NCBI RefSeq assembly: GCF_018977255.1
Contig: NW_024704763.1
Span: 7,626,001-7,690,000, forward strand
Reading direction: 5' to 3'
Source: Callorhinchus milii
Taxonomy: Eukaryota
Length of the DNA stretch: 64,000 bases
The position numbers were made by a program, and so were the translations under genes. The notes below the pieces were generated by a model, which was not told the DNA's origin, did not search any database, and saw only the letters and a list, made by a program, of their open reading frames with translations. Shown one piece after another: positions 14,430 through 24,872 of the stretch; position 1 is the first letter of the stretch; each line of letters starts with the position of its first letter.

Positions 14430-14751
14430 GCAGCGTCTCACAAACAGCCATGGAGTGAGTGACCCATATTCTTTTATTTGGGGGGATTGTCGGCCAGGAC
14501 ACCGGGAGAGAGAAACTCCCTTCTCGTTTTGAACAGAGCCGTGGGATCTTTAACATCCACCTGAACAGGCAGACGGGACCTCGGTTTAACGTCTCATCTG
14601 AAGGACGGCACCTCCGACAATGTAACACCACCCCCAGCGCTGCATTGGGAGCGTTAGCTTAGACTACGGTGATTCCAAGTCCCCACTTGGGGGTTTGAAC
14701 CCACAACCTTTTGACTCAGAGACGAGAGTGCTACTGTCGCGCCAGGCTGAC
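14430..14751 (-). mobile_element. DeuSINE-like family B, ending 65 nt upstream of the IgV acceptor
   Basis: Clear Deu domain: CATCCACCTGAACAGGCAGACGGGACCTCGGTTTAACGTCTCATCTGAAGGACGGCACCTCCGACAATG. Confidence 0.85.
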
Positions 14752-14816
14752 TAGTTTCATTTGGTACCCCCACCCCCATCCCGAGCTAACATTGCACATT
14801 GCTGGATTTCTTTCAG

Positions 14817-15167
14817 GGGCTCTGAACATCCTGGTGCCAGAATTCCCAGTGCTGGGCATTTTCGGGGAGGACATCACCCTGAACTGCTCGTTCCTGACGG
14901 ACGGCAATTTCTCCCTGTCGGACCTCAGCGTGATATGGCAGCTGACGGAAACCAAGAGGATGGTGCACAGCTACGCGGCCCAGCGTGACCAGCAGGTGGA
15001 CCAGGCCAGCAGCTTTACGAACAGGACGTCTCTCTTTCACACTGAGCTGCAGAGGGGGAATGCCTCGTTGCTCCTGAGGCAGGTTCAAATCCAGGACGAG
15101 GGCAGCTTCACCTGCTTCGTTCGAATCAACGATTACAACAGCGCCCCCATCATGCTGCAAGTGGCAG
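14817..15167 (+). CDS. CD276: CD276/B7-H3 IgV exon (351 nt, phase 1-1)
   Basis: Acceptor TTTCTTTCAG ends 14816, branch-like GCTAAC at 14785, donor G|GTACTT at 15168. Translation GALNILVPEFPVLGIFGEDITLNCSF...SVIWQLTETKRMVHSY...FTNRTSLF...[37 protein letters not shown] aligns throughout with human B7-H3 IgV (GALEVQVPE...LIWQLTDTKQLVHSF...ANRTALF...[22 protein letters not shown]). Confidence 0.97.
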
Positions 15168-15230
15168 GTACTTTATTATTGTAACAATACTATAATTATT
15201 ATTTGCCTATTCCCCCCCCCCCACCCCACT

Positions 15231-15542
15231 CCAGTCCACCACCCGCTGCCTCCGCCCTGCCGGCTCCGACCTCCTGTTTGTCCCTCGTCCCCTCCGCTCC
15301 ACCATCGGTGGCCGTGCCTTCAGCTGCTGCACCCTGAAACTCTGGAACTCTCCCCTCAATCCCTCCACCTCACTCCCTCCCTCCCCACCTTCAAATCACA
15401 CCTAAAGACCATCCTTTTTGATCATGCTGGTCACCTCCCCACCCCACACCCTCTTCTGCTCGGGGTCAGACTCCACCACGGCGAAGCATTCCGGAACACT
15501 ACCCCACGTGAAGGGCACTATATAAATGCAAGATGTTGTTGT
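15231..15542 (+). mobile_element. L2 LINE 3' fragment in the IgV-IgC intron
   Basis: CCACCATCGGTGGCCGTGCCTTCAGC...GTGAAGGGCACTATATAAATGCAAGATGTTGTTG. Confidence 0.8.
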
Positions 15543-15844
15543 ATAATATAATAATCCTAGCGTTTGATATAGTGCCTTATCATGGCTTTATTTTGTGTTA
15601 TTGTTAGTGGAATCACCAAAAATAATAACCACCTTGTCACAAATGTCTTATTATGTTATCCAGGCACCTCAAAGCTCTTCACAAGATTTTACTGTCAAGT
15701 GAAGAGACTGTGTGCGTTGTAGGCAAACTTGGCAGCCCATCTGCGCACAGCAATATTGCCTCTAATGAAGGGCAGCCAGTGAAACCGTCACATTTCTGGT
15801 GTCTCTGTCACTGGCAGCCTCAGGTGTCAGGTCAAAAATGACAG

Positions 15845-16540
15845 TGTGTGTACGTTTGTGAGGTTATGTGTGTATGTGTGGCCTAGTGTGTGTGTGTGTG
15901 TGTGTGATACGTGTGGTGGGTGTGGAGTGAGGTGTGTGTGTATATGATATCATGTGTATGTGGTGGTGATTGAATGTATTTGTTGCTTGTATGTTGAGTG
16001 AGGTGTATGTTTGTGTAAGGTTATGTGTGCATGTGGATTTATATGCAGTACATAAGGTGGGTATGGAGTGAGGTGTGTGAGTGTATGAGATTATGTGCGT
16101 GTGTAGGTGGTGAAGTGAATGTTTGTGGTGCTGTGTATGTGTGTTTGTATAAGGTTATGTGTGTAAGTGGGAATGTGGACGTATATGTAGTATGTGAGGT
16201 GAGTTTATGTGTGTGTGAGGATGGTGCAGTGAATGTATGTGGTATTTAGGAAATAATATTACGGGATACAGTACATAGGTAGTTCAAGACATATGTGCAA
16301 TGTGACTGGCTGGAAGATGGAAGGTGAAGGGTTTATAAAGAGGAAGTGGTAGATGGACCTCGGTCTTCTCTTCGTCTAGAATTTCTTATGTACTTCCATG
16401 TATGTGGAGTGAGGTGCATTCGTGTGTGCGCGTGTGTGTGGGCGTGTGTTTGTGGGTGTGTGCGCATGTGTGTGTGTTTATGTGTGTGTGCGTATGTATG
16501 GGTGTGCATGTAGGTGTGCGGGTGTTTGTGTTAGTGTGAG
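15845..16540. repeat. Degenerate (GT)n-rich tracts (15845-16250 and 16395-16540) just upstream of the IgC acceptor
   Basis: Direct reading. Confidence 0.9.
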
Positions 16541-16583
16541 TTGCCTTTGCTGATCGCGCTAACATTACACTGTTTCCTTGTAG

Positions 16584-16880
16584 CTCCGTACTCCAAGCCA
16601 AACCTCCATTTGGAGCCAAATAAAAACCTGAAGCCCGGGGACCGGGTCAGCATTGGCTGTCACTCGGCGGGCGGCTACCCTCAGGCCATCGTGGTGTGGC
16701 ACGACGGGAGGGGAAACAACCTCACGGCCAATGTCACCACCTCCCAAGTGGCCAACGAAGAGGGTCTCTTCCAGATCAGCAGCGTGATCAGCGTCACGCT
16801 GGAACCCAACAGCACGTACACCTGCATCGTAAGGAACCAGCTCCTGAACGAGGAGACACAGGCCTCAGCCACCATTACAG
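16584..16880 (+). CDS. CD276: CD276/B7-H3 IgC exon (297 nt, phase 1-1)
   Basis: Acceptor TTCCTTGTAG ends 16583, donor ACAG|GTCAGT at 16881. APYSKPNLHLEPNKNLKPGDRVSIGCHSAGGYPQAIVVWHDGRGNNLTANVTTSQVANEEGLF...YTCIVRNQLLNEETQASATIT matches human [20 protein letters not shown]...GYPEAEVFWQDG...NVTTSQMANEQGLF. Confidence 0.97.
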
Positions 16881-17045
16881 GTCAGTCCAGCCCCACCCAG
16901 GCCAGGTCAAGCCGGGTGGAGTTAACCCCTTGTGTGCCAGGCTGGCTGGGGCCATTGTGCCTGTGGTTCTTCGAAACACAACACGCGACCATATTTCTTC
17001 CCTTCGGAGAAATAACAACAGCGACAGTCAGCCTCGTGTTTGATC

Positions 17046-17131
17046 CAACAACAACAACCACAAATTACACTTATATTCATGTAGCCTCTCTCGCCGGGAG
17101 AACGACCCAAAGCCCTGGACAGTGTAGGGTT
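17046..17131 (-). mobile_element. Short antisense L2 3' tail inside the IgC read-through ORF
   Basis: Reverse complement CTGTCCAGGGCTTTGGGTCGTTCTCCCGGCGAGAGAGGCTACATGAATATAAGTGTAATTTGTGGTTGTTGTTG matches the L2 tail seen elsewhere in the window. Confidence 0.75.
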
Positions 17132-17150
17132 TATACAGAGACTTTTTTTT

Positions 17151-17156
17151 AATAAA
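17151..17156 (+). terminator. Candidate intronic polyadenylation signal AATAAA downstream of the IgC exon
   Basis: AATAAA follows a T8 run and overlaps the TAA (17150-17152) that closes the IgC read-through frame; TGTA motifs upstream at 17080 and 17123. Usage is not shown. Confidence 0.35.
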
Positions 17157-18866
17157 GCGATCCACTTATAAAAGTTTGTAAAGTGAATAGAGATGTAGAA
17201 AGTGATCCAGCGTCCGTAAGGAAGAAATGACTCAAAGAGCTTTGCAGGATTTGTTGTCAAGTTGAGGTGATTGTGTGTTTTGAAGGTGAATGTGCCGCCA
17301 GGTTGGGCACAGCCACGCCCCAGGTATTGTAAAATATCTCTCATTCACTTCCAAACGTAGAAACCTAGAAATCTACAGCACAGAAGGAGGCCGTTCGGCC
17401 TATCACAGAGCAAGGGAGATCAATCAATCGCACTAGCCACACTTCATTCCATACTCCTCAATGGTCCTCTCTTTCATATGCCTGGCTACTTTCCTCTTAA
17501 AACCTAATGGACTCCCCATAGCTGTACGTGGGATGTCACTGCATGCAAATTGATGGCCGTGTTCACCCACAAAATATGCAGTCACTACATTTTACAATAC
17601 ATCCTGTGAGACGGTTTGAGACACTCTCCTGATGTGAAAGGCTCTGTAACAAAAGTACATTATTATTATTGGGTGCATTCATCCAGCCTGGTTTGGTTTA
17701 TTTATGTATAAGTGACAGATTGGAGCACGAAACCCTTATGACAAGAAGCAATGGAACAAAAGATCCTCAAGGCAGTCACTGCACTGAGAGCCACTGTCAG
17801 CTCGGAGTCTAACTGCAAGTGGTTTGGGGGCTGTTTTACGATGTTCCACAGCAAGACGTGTTTGTAAGGCATTAGCTGAGAATGAGGTTTTGATAGTATA
17901 AACAGCACTCTAGACGTGACACTGTTGATCTCTCCTGTCAGGTTTATTTTTTAACACACACTTCCTGCTCTGCTGGTCTGGCAAATGAAAGCTGTGGCTT
18001 TCGAGTCATTAAAATGGAAGCGAGTGAATCGTGAAGAAAAAAAGAGTGAGGTGATGGGGGGGGGGTGGGGGCGGAGAGGGGAGAGGAATTGACTGGTGTA
18101 AGAAGCGATGTGTGGGAAATGAAAAAAAAGTCGGTTGCACAAACGTTATTCCCTGTTTAGCTGGAGCTAGGAAACTGGTGCTTCATTTCCACTGATGTTC
18201 GTTGGAGGCAAGTGGACAAAGTTTACAGGTTCTGTGTTTGTCTCTCAGGCTTATCACTGGGCTGAGATTCTGAGTAATAATAATACTAATCCTTGCATTT
18301 GATATAGAGCCTTATCACGTCTTCGAGACGTCTCAAAGCGCTTCACAGAATATACTGTAAAGTGAATCGACTGTATATTTTTGCGGGCGATTACAGTAAA
18401 ACTCGCCTGAGTCTCATTATCAATCGCATAATCGTCTAGGTCATATATTCATTTGAGCCCCATTCAGTTTCCCATCAAATCACTTAACTTTCTTTGCACT
18501 AGTCGTAATTATCATCTCCTAATTCGTAACACCGCTCCCCTACTCTCCATTACTCCCACACTTACCGACTACATTGAATACGGGTGTCTTTTTTTACACA
18601 CATAAATATATATAGCATTTGGTATAGTGCCTTTCACATTAAGAGGAATGTCTCAAACAAACACGAACTGACAGACATGAAATCGATATATTTGGGGGAT
18701 TGTTGACAAAGACACTGGGAGAAACTCTTTATTTTTCAAATAGCGCCAAGGGATCTTTAACATCCACCTAAACAGGAAAACAGGACCACGTTGAGAATGC
18801 AACTCCATCCACACTTGGGGGTGAGGGCAAAGGGCACATTGAGAGCATTCCACGCCTCAGTGAGCT

Positions 18867-19064
18867 GAAATTCCACCTGGGTCTTAGCCCAGGAGATTTG
18901 TATCTCACATTAGAATGTAAGAATGTTGGAAAATAATACCTTCATTTGGGGGCTGGTTTGCTTGCAAAAGAACTGACCAAATTAAGGCGGAATTAAAGAA
19001 TCTTCCACAATTTTTGTGCCACCTTAAATTTCAGGTCAACGTGGCTTAGGCCAGGTGGAATTTC
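18867..19064. mobile_element. Foldback/MITE-like element with 14-bp perfect terminal inverted repeats
   Basis: GAAATTCCACCTGG (18867-18880) and CCAGGTGGAATTTC (19051-19064), plus a nested imperfect inverted pair near 18970-18992 and 19017-19040. No TSD seen. Confidence 0.5.
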
Positions 19065-19107
19065 TGGCCTCCTGGTACAGAGGACACATACAGTGACTAC
19101 ACAGTGT

Positions 19108-19549
19108 GCTGGCCTGGCTTAGTCAGTAGCACTCTCACCTCTGAGTCAGAAGGTTGTGGGATCAAACCCCTACATTGGGACTTTGAACTCATTTGGTCTA
19201 TTGACACTCCACTGCATTGCTGCAGCTGAGATATATTGTCAGAGGTGCTATCCTTTGAGACGTTAAACTGAGTTCACGTCTGCCTATTCAAGTGGATGTT
19301 CATGATCCCATTGTATCACCCAAAAAGGGAAGGGAGTTTCTTTCTCCTGGTGTCCTGGCGCACAAAGCCCCAAATCAAATTGGTCATTCACTTCATGGCT
19401 GTTTTTGGGACGTTGCTGTTGTGCAACTTAGCTGTCGCTTTAACCTATAAAATACACAATCACTGCACCTCATAATAAATCCCGTGAAGTGCTTTGAGAC
19501 GCCCTTCCATTTTAAAAGGCTCTGTATCAAATATAAGGATTATTATTAC
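19108..19549 (+). mobile_element. DeuSINE-like family B, full length
   Basis: GCCTGGCTTAGTCAGTAGCACTCTCACCTCTGAGTCAGAAGGTTGTGGG head, Deu domain, tail. Confidence 0.85.
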
Positions 19550-22500
19550 TACAGCAGCGATTTTATTTAATGTTTGTCAGTGAATAGAACTGAGCGAGAC
19601 CCAGCCATTTCCAGTTGCAGAGCACAGGGATGTCCAAAGCTGTTCTAATTGGAGAGGCTGTCAATAATAAACTGCGGCAGTATTGGTGTTTCCCATTCGA
19701 TACCGCAAGGCTGTTTTTGAAGTACAATATCATATTGCATTGCCAAAGCATTTTAAAGGCCCATTGGGACAATGCAAGCAATGCATTTGTATATGTACAA
19801 GCATTGTGTGGATGTATTTTTTTCCGACGTGATTATAAGAATCCAGTATTGGGGCCCTGCATATCACACTTTGAATATAAATAATATAATAATCCTTGCA
19901 TTTGATATAGCGCTTTATCACATCTTCGAGACGTCTCAAAGCGCTTCACAGAATATACCTTCAAGTGAATTGACTGTGTGTTTTGTGGGCGAAATGCGGC
20001 AGCCAATTGCACACAGCAGCGTCCCACAAACAGTCGTGGATTGAGTGACCAGATTATTATTTATGATTATTTATGAGTCCTTCACTTAAACAACATTTGC
20101 CACAGTTCGGGCTCTCAGTACTGTTAATCCCCTGAAGACGGTTTGTTGGGCTGACGCTGCAGTGCAGTGGTGGGGGAGTGCTGCACTGCCAGGTGTGCCG
20201 TCCTTTGGATGAGATGTTAATCCAAGGTTCCATCTGTGACCGCTCAGGTGGATGTTAAAGATCCCATGCCATTAGTTGAAAAGGTGTCCCGATCAATAAT
20301 CTCTGAATTAAAATCAATCATGCCTTTTTGTAAGCCATCGCTATGTGCAAATTAGCTGCCATGTTCATCTACAAATGTACAGCCACCACAACTCACAGTA
20401 ACTCCAGTGAAGCGCATTGAGGTGTCATGACAACATGATAAGGCGTTGTATTATATGCAAGGATTATTATTAAGAGACTCTGAATCAAGGAAAGGAAATA
20501 ATTGGTGTTTCCGTAGATAATAAAGCACAGAAGGAGGCCATTCGGTCCGTTGTGGGGTGAATTCAGGTGGAACTAATTCTCTTTGATATAAATGCAAGGG
20601 ATTTCCTTTACACGCGCATCAGAGTCAGTAGGCAAACGAGAGCCCAACCTGATCAATGGATGAAAATTACTCCAGAAAATAAATAATTGATTTCCATGAC
20701 AGAGTACAAAAATGGGTCAAACCTAATAGTTTGGATGGTTTGGCTGTGAAACGTGAATCTTATTTCTACGCGTCTTTTGTCCAGTAAGGACGTAATAAAC
20801 CACACCAAACAATAGCACCACCAGGGTTAGTGTAGAAATAGTTACCACATTCATTTGCCCTTGTCTGCTGAGCTTCCAGCTATTCACACATTTCATCAAT
20901 CTCCGCAATGCCTCCTACATAAATTCATAAAGGGCCCAGATACAGAAACGCCGCTAATTTTGGGAGAAGGCAATTTGCGTGATGAATTGGTTTATTGTGG
21001 CGAGGTGACATTTAATGGCTCTCTACCTGAAGAAGTTTCCGAGAGCTTGTGATTTCTACATATTAATACTTAATAGGAATCACGCTCGCACTGTATTAAA
21101 CCACGCTTGATCCCCTCGCGCTAATCTGTTTAATATTGAATTTTGGCCACGGCTTTGAAAATATTCTAATCATGCTAATCACGCAATACATTGTCAAAAA
21201 CAAGAAAAAATATATAACTCTCACAGGGCGCCCACAAACATACACAGTCAATTCATTTTACAATATATTCTGTGAAGCCCTTTGAGACTTTTTGATGATG
21301 TGATAAGGCGCTATGCAAGGATTATTAATATTATCATCATAATTTTTGCATTTGATATAGCGCCTTATCACGCTTTCGAGACGTCTTAAAACGCTTCACA
21401 GAATATCATGTAAAGCGAATTGACTGTATATTTGTGGACCTCCTGTGAGAGTTCTATATATATTTATTATTATTATTAGGACGCTGGCAGACTTTGAATG
21501 TAAACTGGCATTTTGGACTGTTTTTATGTTTTTTCCTAAGAAAAAAACAATCTCCTGAATAAAATGAGTTTCAAAAACTCATTTTGGTTCATAATGGTGG
21601 GTTAGTGCAGAAATCACAAGATCGGTTTGGATGAAGAAAGTCCTTTGGCTCATCTGATGTTATCTTTCCTCACTGATATTAAAAAAAAATGGTCACTTAA
21701 TCAATGACTGTTTGTGGGACACTACTGTGTTCAATTGGTTGCACCATTTCGCCCCCAAAATACAATTCACATCAGAGTATATTCTGTGAAGTGCTTTGAG
21801 ACATCTCGAAGACATGATAAGGCGCTATGTCAAATGCAGGGATTATTATCATTACATCTTTGAGTTGAAAGATCAATAGCACCCAGCTATTAGCAATTTA
21901 AATTAGAGATTTACTCTATTAATCACTAAAAAAAAAAATATTTTTTTTATTTGCAATGAGTCAGCTCCCATGGCAAATCATTACAGCTGTTCACTACATC
22001 AGCTGCAACCTCCCTCACACACACATATACACGCTGATTTACAGGGACATCGGGTAAGACTTCATCTTAACTGTCTGCTATTAAACTACAGTACCGTTTA
22101 ATGTTTCAAATAACTGTGATGCCCCAACTCTAGCAAATAAGCAATCATTTAAGGGAGCAATTATAGAAGAAAGGTGGTTAAGAAAAAGTAGCTGTAGCGT
22201 TGTAACAATTATTAATATTCCCGATATATATATATACACAAATGGTTATGAAAGCTATGATAATGCATGTCAGACTGTTGTTTCTTTTGGAGGGCTTGAT
22301 ACATAGAGGTACAATGTAATACAATTTACATTTAGAAAGTGCCTTTCAACGTGAAAGGCGCTATATAAATGGACATTGTGTTGTATGGAGACTAATGATG
22401 TAGAAGTAATAATAATTAATGGATGCGATATAGTCCTCTAACCATTAAGCTACAGGACTCCACAGTGCTGGGGTTGTGGTGCTGCATTGATGGAGGTGTG

Positions 22501-23339
22501 GTCTTTCAGGTGAGATATTAAACCTGATATCTGCCTGTTCAGGTCGAACATTAAAGATACACCACCATCTTTGAATTCGAAAAGAGTCGGGAATTTGTCT
22601 CTCCCGGTGTCCTGGCTGACAATCCTCCAGATAAAATTGGTCATTCATTTCATGGCTGTTTGTGGGACACTGCTGTGCGAAATTAGCTGCTGCGTTCATC
22701 CACAAAGACAGTCATCAACAACAACAAGATTTCATTTATAGAACGCCTTTCATGTCGGGAGGACATCCCAAGGCGCTGGACAGTTGGGTCAGGATGTGTG
22801 AATCGTGTGAAGCGCTTTGAGACATCCTCCTTACAGGCACTATATTAAGTGTGAGGATTACTATGCTTCAGAGCAACAAGAGCTTCTGTTCATAGCCGTT
22901 AGATGCCGGTTGTATTTCTGTGGAACAACAGCAGTGAGTAATGAGGCCATTTGCAACCTCTTAACTGGCTATGCACATGCTCACCTCACTGTTCATGATT
23001 GAAGAATCATTCCTTACCTTTAACATCTTTCCCTTCCTTCATGCCTGTTGTTCCTGCACAAGCCATACGTGTGTAATTGTGTTTCCTCCTCCAGACCCAG
23101 GGTGTGTTAATCCATTACTCATTCCTTTATTAGTTTTGGGAGACGAGAGATCATTGCTTTGAGTTGCTTCTTGGTTCTTTCCAATCCCTGGTTGATTTAG
23201 AGTTCAGCCTGCTCGAAGGGATGATCATCATTCTTCTCTGTCGTGTTTTCCACAGAACGCAGACTCTTATTTAATATTTTAATCATCCACTTGGGCTTCT
23301 GTGGCTGATCGCCTTTTCTCTTCCTCGCTTCTCGCCTCG

Positions 23340-23654
23340 TCCGTTGCTGATTGAGACTCCTAACACATCTTGCCACTTTCCAAGTCTGTACATATACCAT
23401 ATCTGATCTTTCTGTTGCTGAAATTTGGTATGGGCTGGTTGGCCGAATAGCCTCTTTCTACGCTGTACAATCCATGTAACTATGTAAATCTTGGCTCAAG
23501 TCATTATTCATTGAAGGCTGATAGACTTGGAGGAACTTGAGTCTAATAATAATCCTGGTATTTGACATAGTGCTTCATCGTGCTGTCAAAACATCATAAG
23601 GCGGTTCACTGGATTTATTGTGAAGTGTAGTGACTGCATATTTTGTTGGTAATT
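23340..23654 (+). repeat. 315-bp exact direct duplication, copy 1
   Basis: Base-for-base identical to 24558-24872 (offset 1218). Confidence 0.95.
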
Positions 23655-24017
23655 TGCAGACAGCAATGTTCAACAAACAGCCGTGAAGTGAATGACTGAT
23701 TTAACTGGGGATTGTTGGCCAGGACAGAAAATATACACGTCAGGAAATTCTTCTTTCCTTGTACTGTCTTCTGCCCAAATCTTCTGTTGATTTCAGGCTC
23801 GTTACTTTTACTGAGAAACTCATTAGTTTGACAGACATTGTTGATCTGCCTCGGGTCATGGATTTAGTCGTCAAAGGCACACTGCACTCTTTCCCTATGA
23901 CAAGTTTCGGATCAATCTTGAGAAAGTGTTTTAAGGCAAATGGCAAAGTAGCAATCTTTCGGCATCAGGTCTTTCTTATCTCTGAGGGATCCAAAAGGTA
24001 TGCAAATGTGACAGTCA

Positions 24018-24342
24018 ATTTACACACAGCAATGTCCCACAAACAGCTTTGAGGTGAAGAACTAATTTTATTTGGGGGGATTCCTGGCCAGGACTCTGAG
24101 AGAGAGAAACTCCCTTCTCTTTTTGTGTAGTGCCACAGGGTCTTTAACGTTCGCCTGAACAGGCAGACGTGAACTCATGTTAACATTTCATCCCAAAGGC
24201 AGTACATCCAACAGTACAACACACCCTCTAAGCCGACGCTGGAGTGTCAGCCTAGACTGTGAGCTCAAAATCCCAAAGTGGGGTTTGAACCCACAGCCTT
24301 CTGACTTAGAGGCAAGAGCGCTACCAATTTAGCCAGGCTGAC
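24018..24342 (-). mobile_element. DeuSINE-like family B
   Basis: Head ends AGCCAGGCTGAC; Deu domain present. Confidence 0.8.
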
Positions 24343-24557
24343 ACCTTTTCACTATGAGTGGTATTCCTGAGATGTCAAGTCCTCTTTATTGTGCTATGAT
24401 GAAACCCTGACAGTTTTAGTCTGAGGCAGCTTAAAACCAGCCACAAAACAATTGCTTACAAACAAACCTGTATGTAGACGTTGCAACTGAACATGTCTGG
24501 TTTTAGTGTGAGGTTCCACCTTTTGATCAAAAAGCCGCACAGGATGTTACTCTTAAC

Positions 24558-24872
24558 TCCGTTGCTGATTGAGACTCCTAACACATCTTGCCACTTTCCA
24601 AGTCTGTACATATACCATATCTGATCTTTCTGTTGCTGAAATTTGGTATGGGCTGGTTGGCCGAATAGCCTCTTTCTACGCTGTACAATCCATGTAACTA
24701 TGTAAATCTTGGCTCAAGTCATTATTCATTGAAGGCTGATAGACTTGGAGGAACTTGAGTCTAATAATAATCCTGGTATTTGACATAGTGCTTCATCGTG
24801 CTGTCAAAACATCATAAGGCGGTTCACTGGATTTATTGTGAAGTGTAGTGACTGCATATTTTGTTGGTAATT
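24558..24872 (+). repeat. 315-bp exact direct duplication, copy 2
   Basis: Identical to 23340-23654. Confidence 0.95.

Noticed and set aside
23018-23400. Minus-strand K/R-rich ORF with a downstream AAG|GTAAGG donor as an antisense gene
   Set aside because: Several stops; KPKWM, DWKE and KKQLK across frames resemble the CR1 ORF2 endonuclease-RT linker, so it is more likely decayed CR1.
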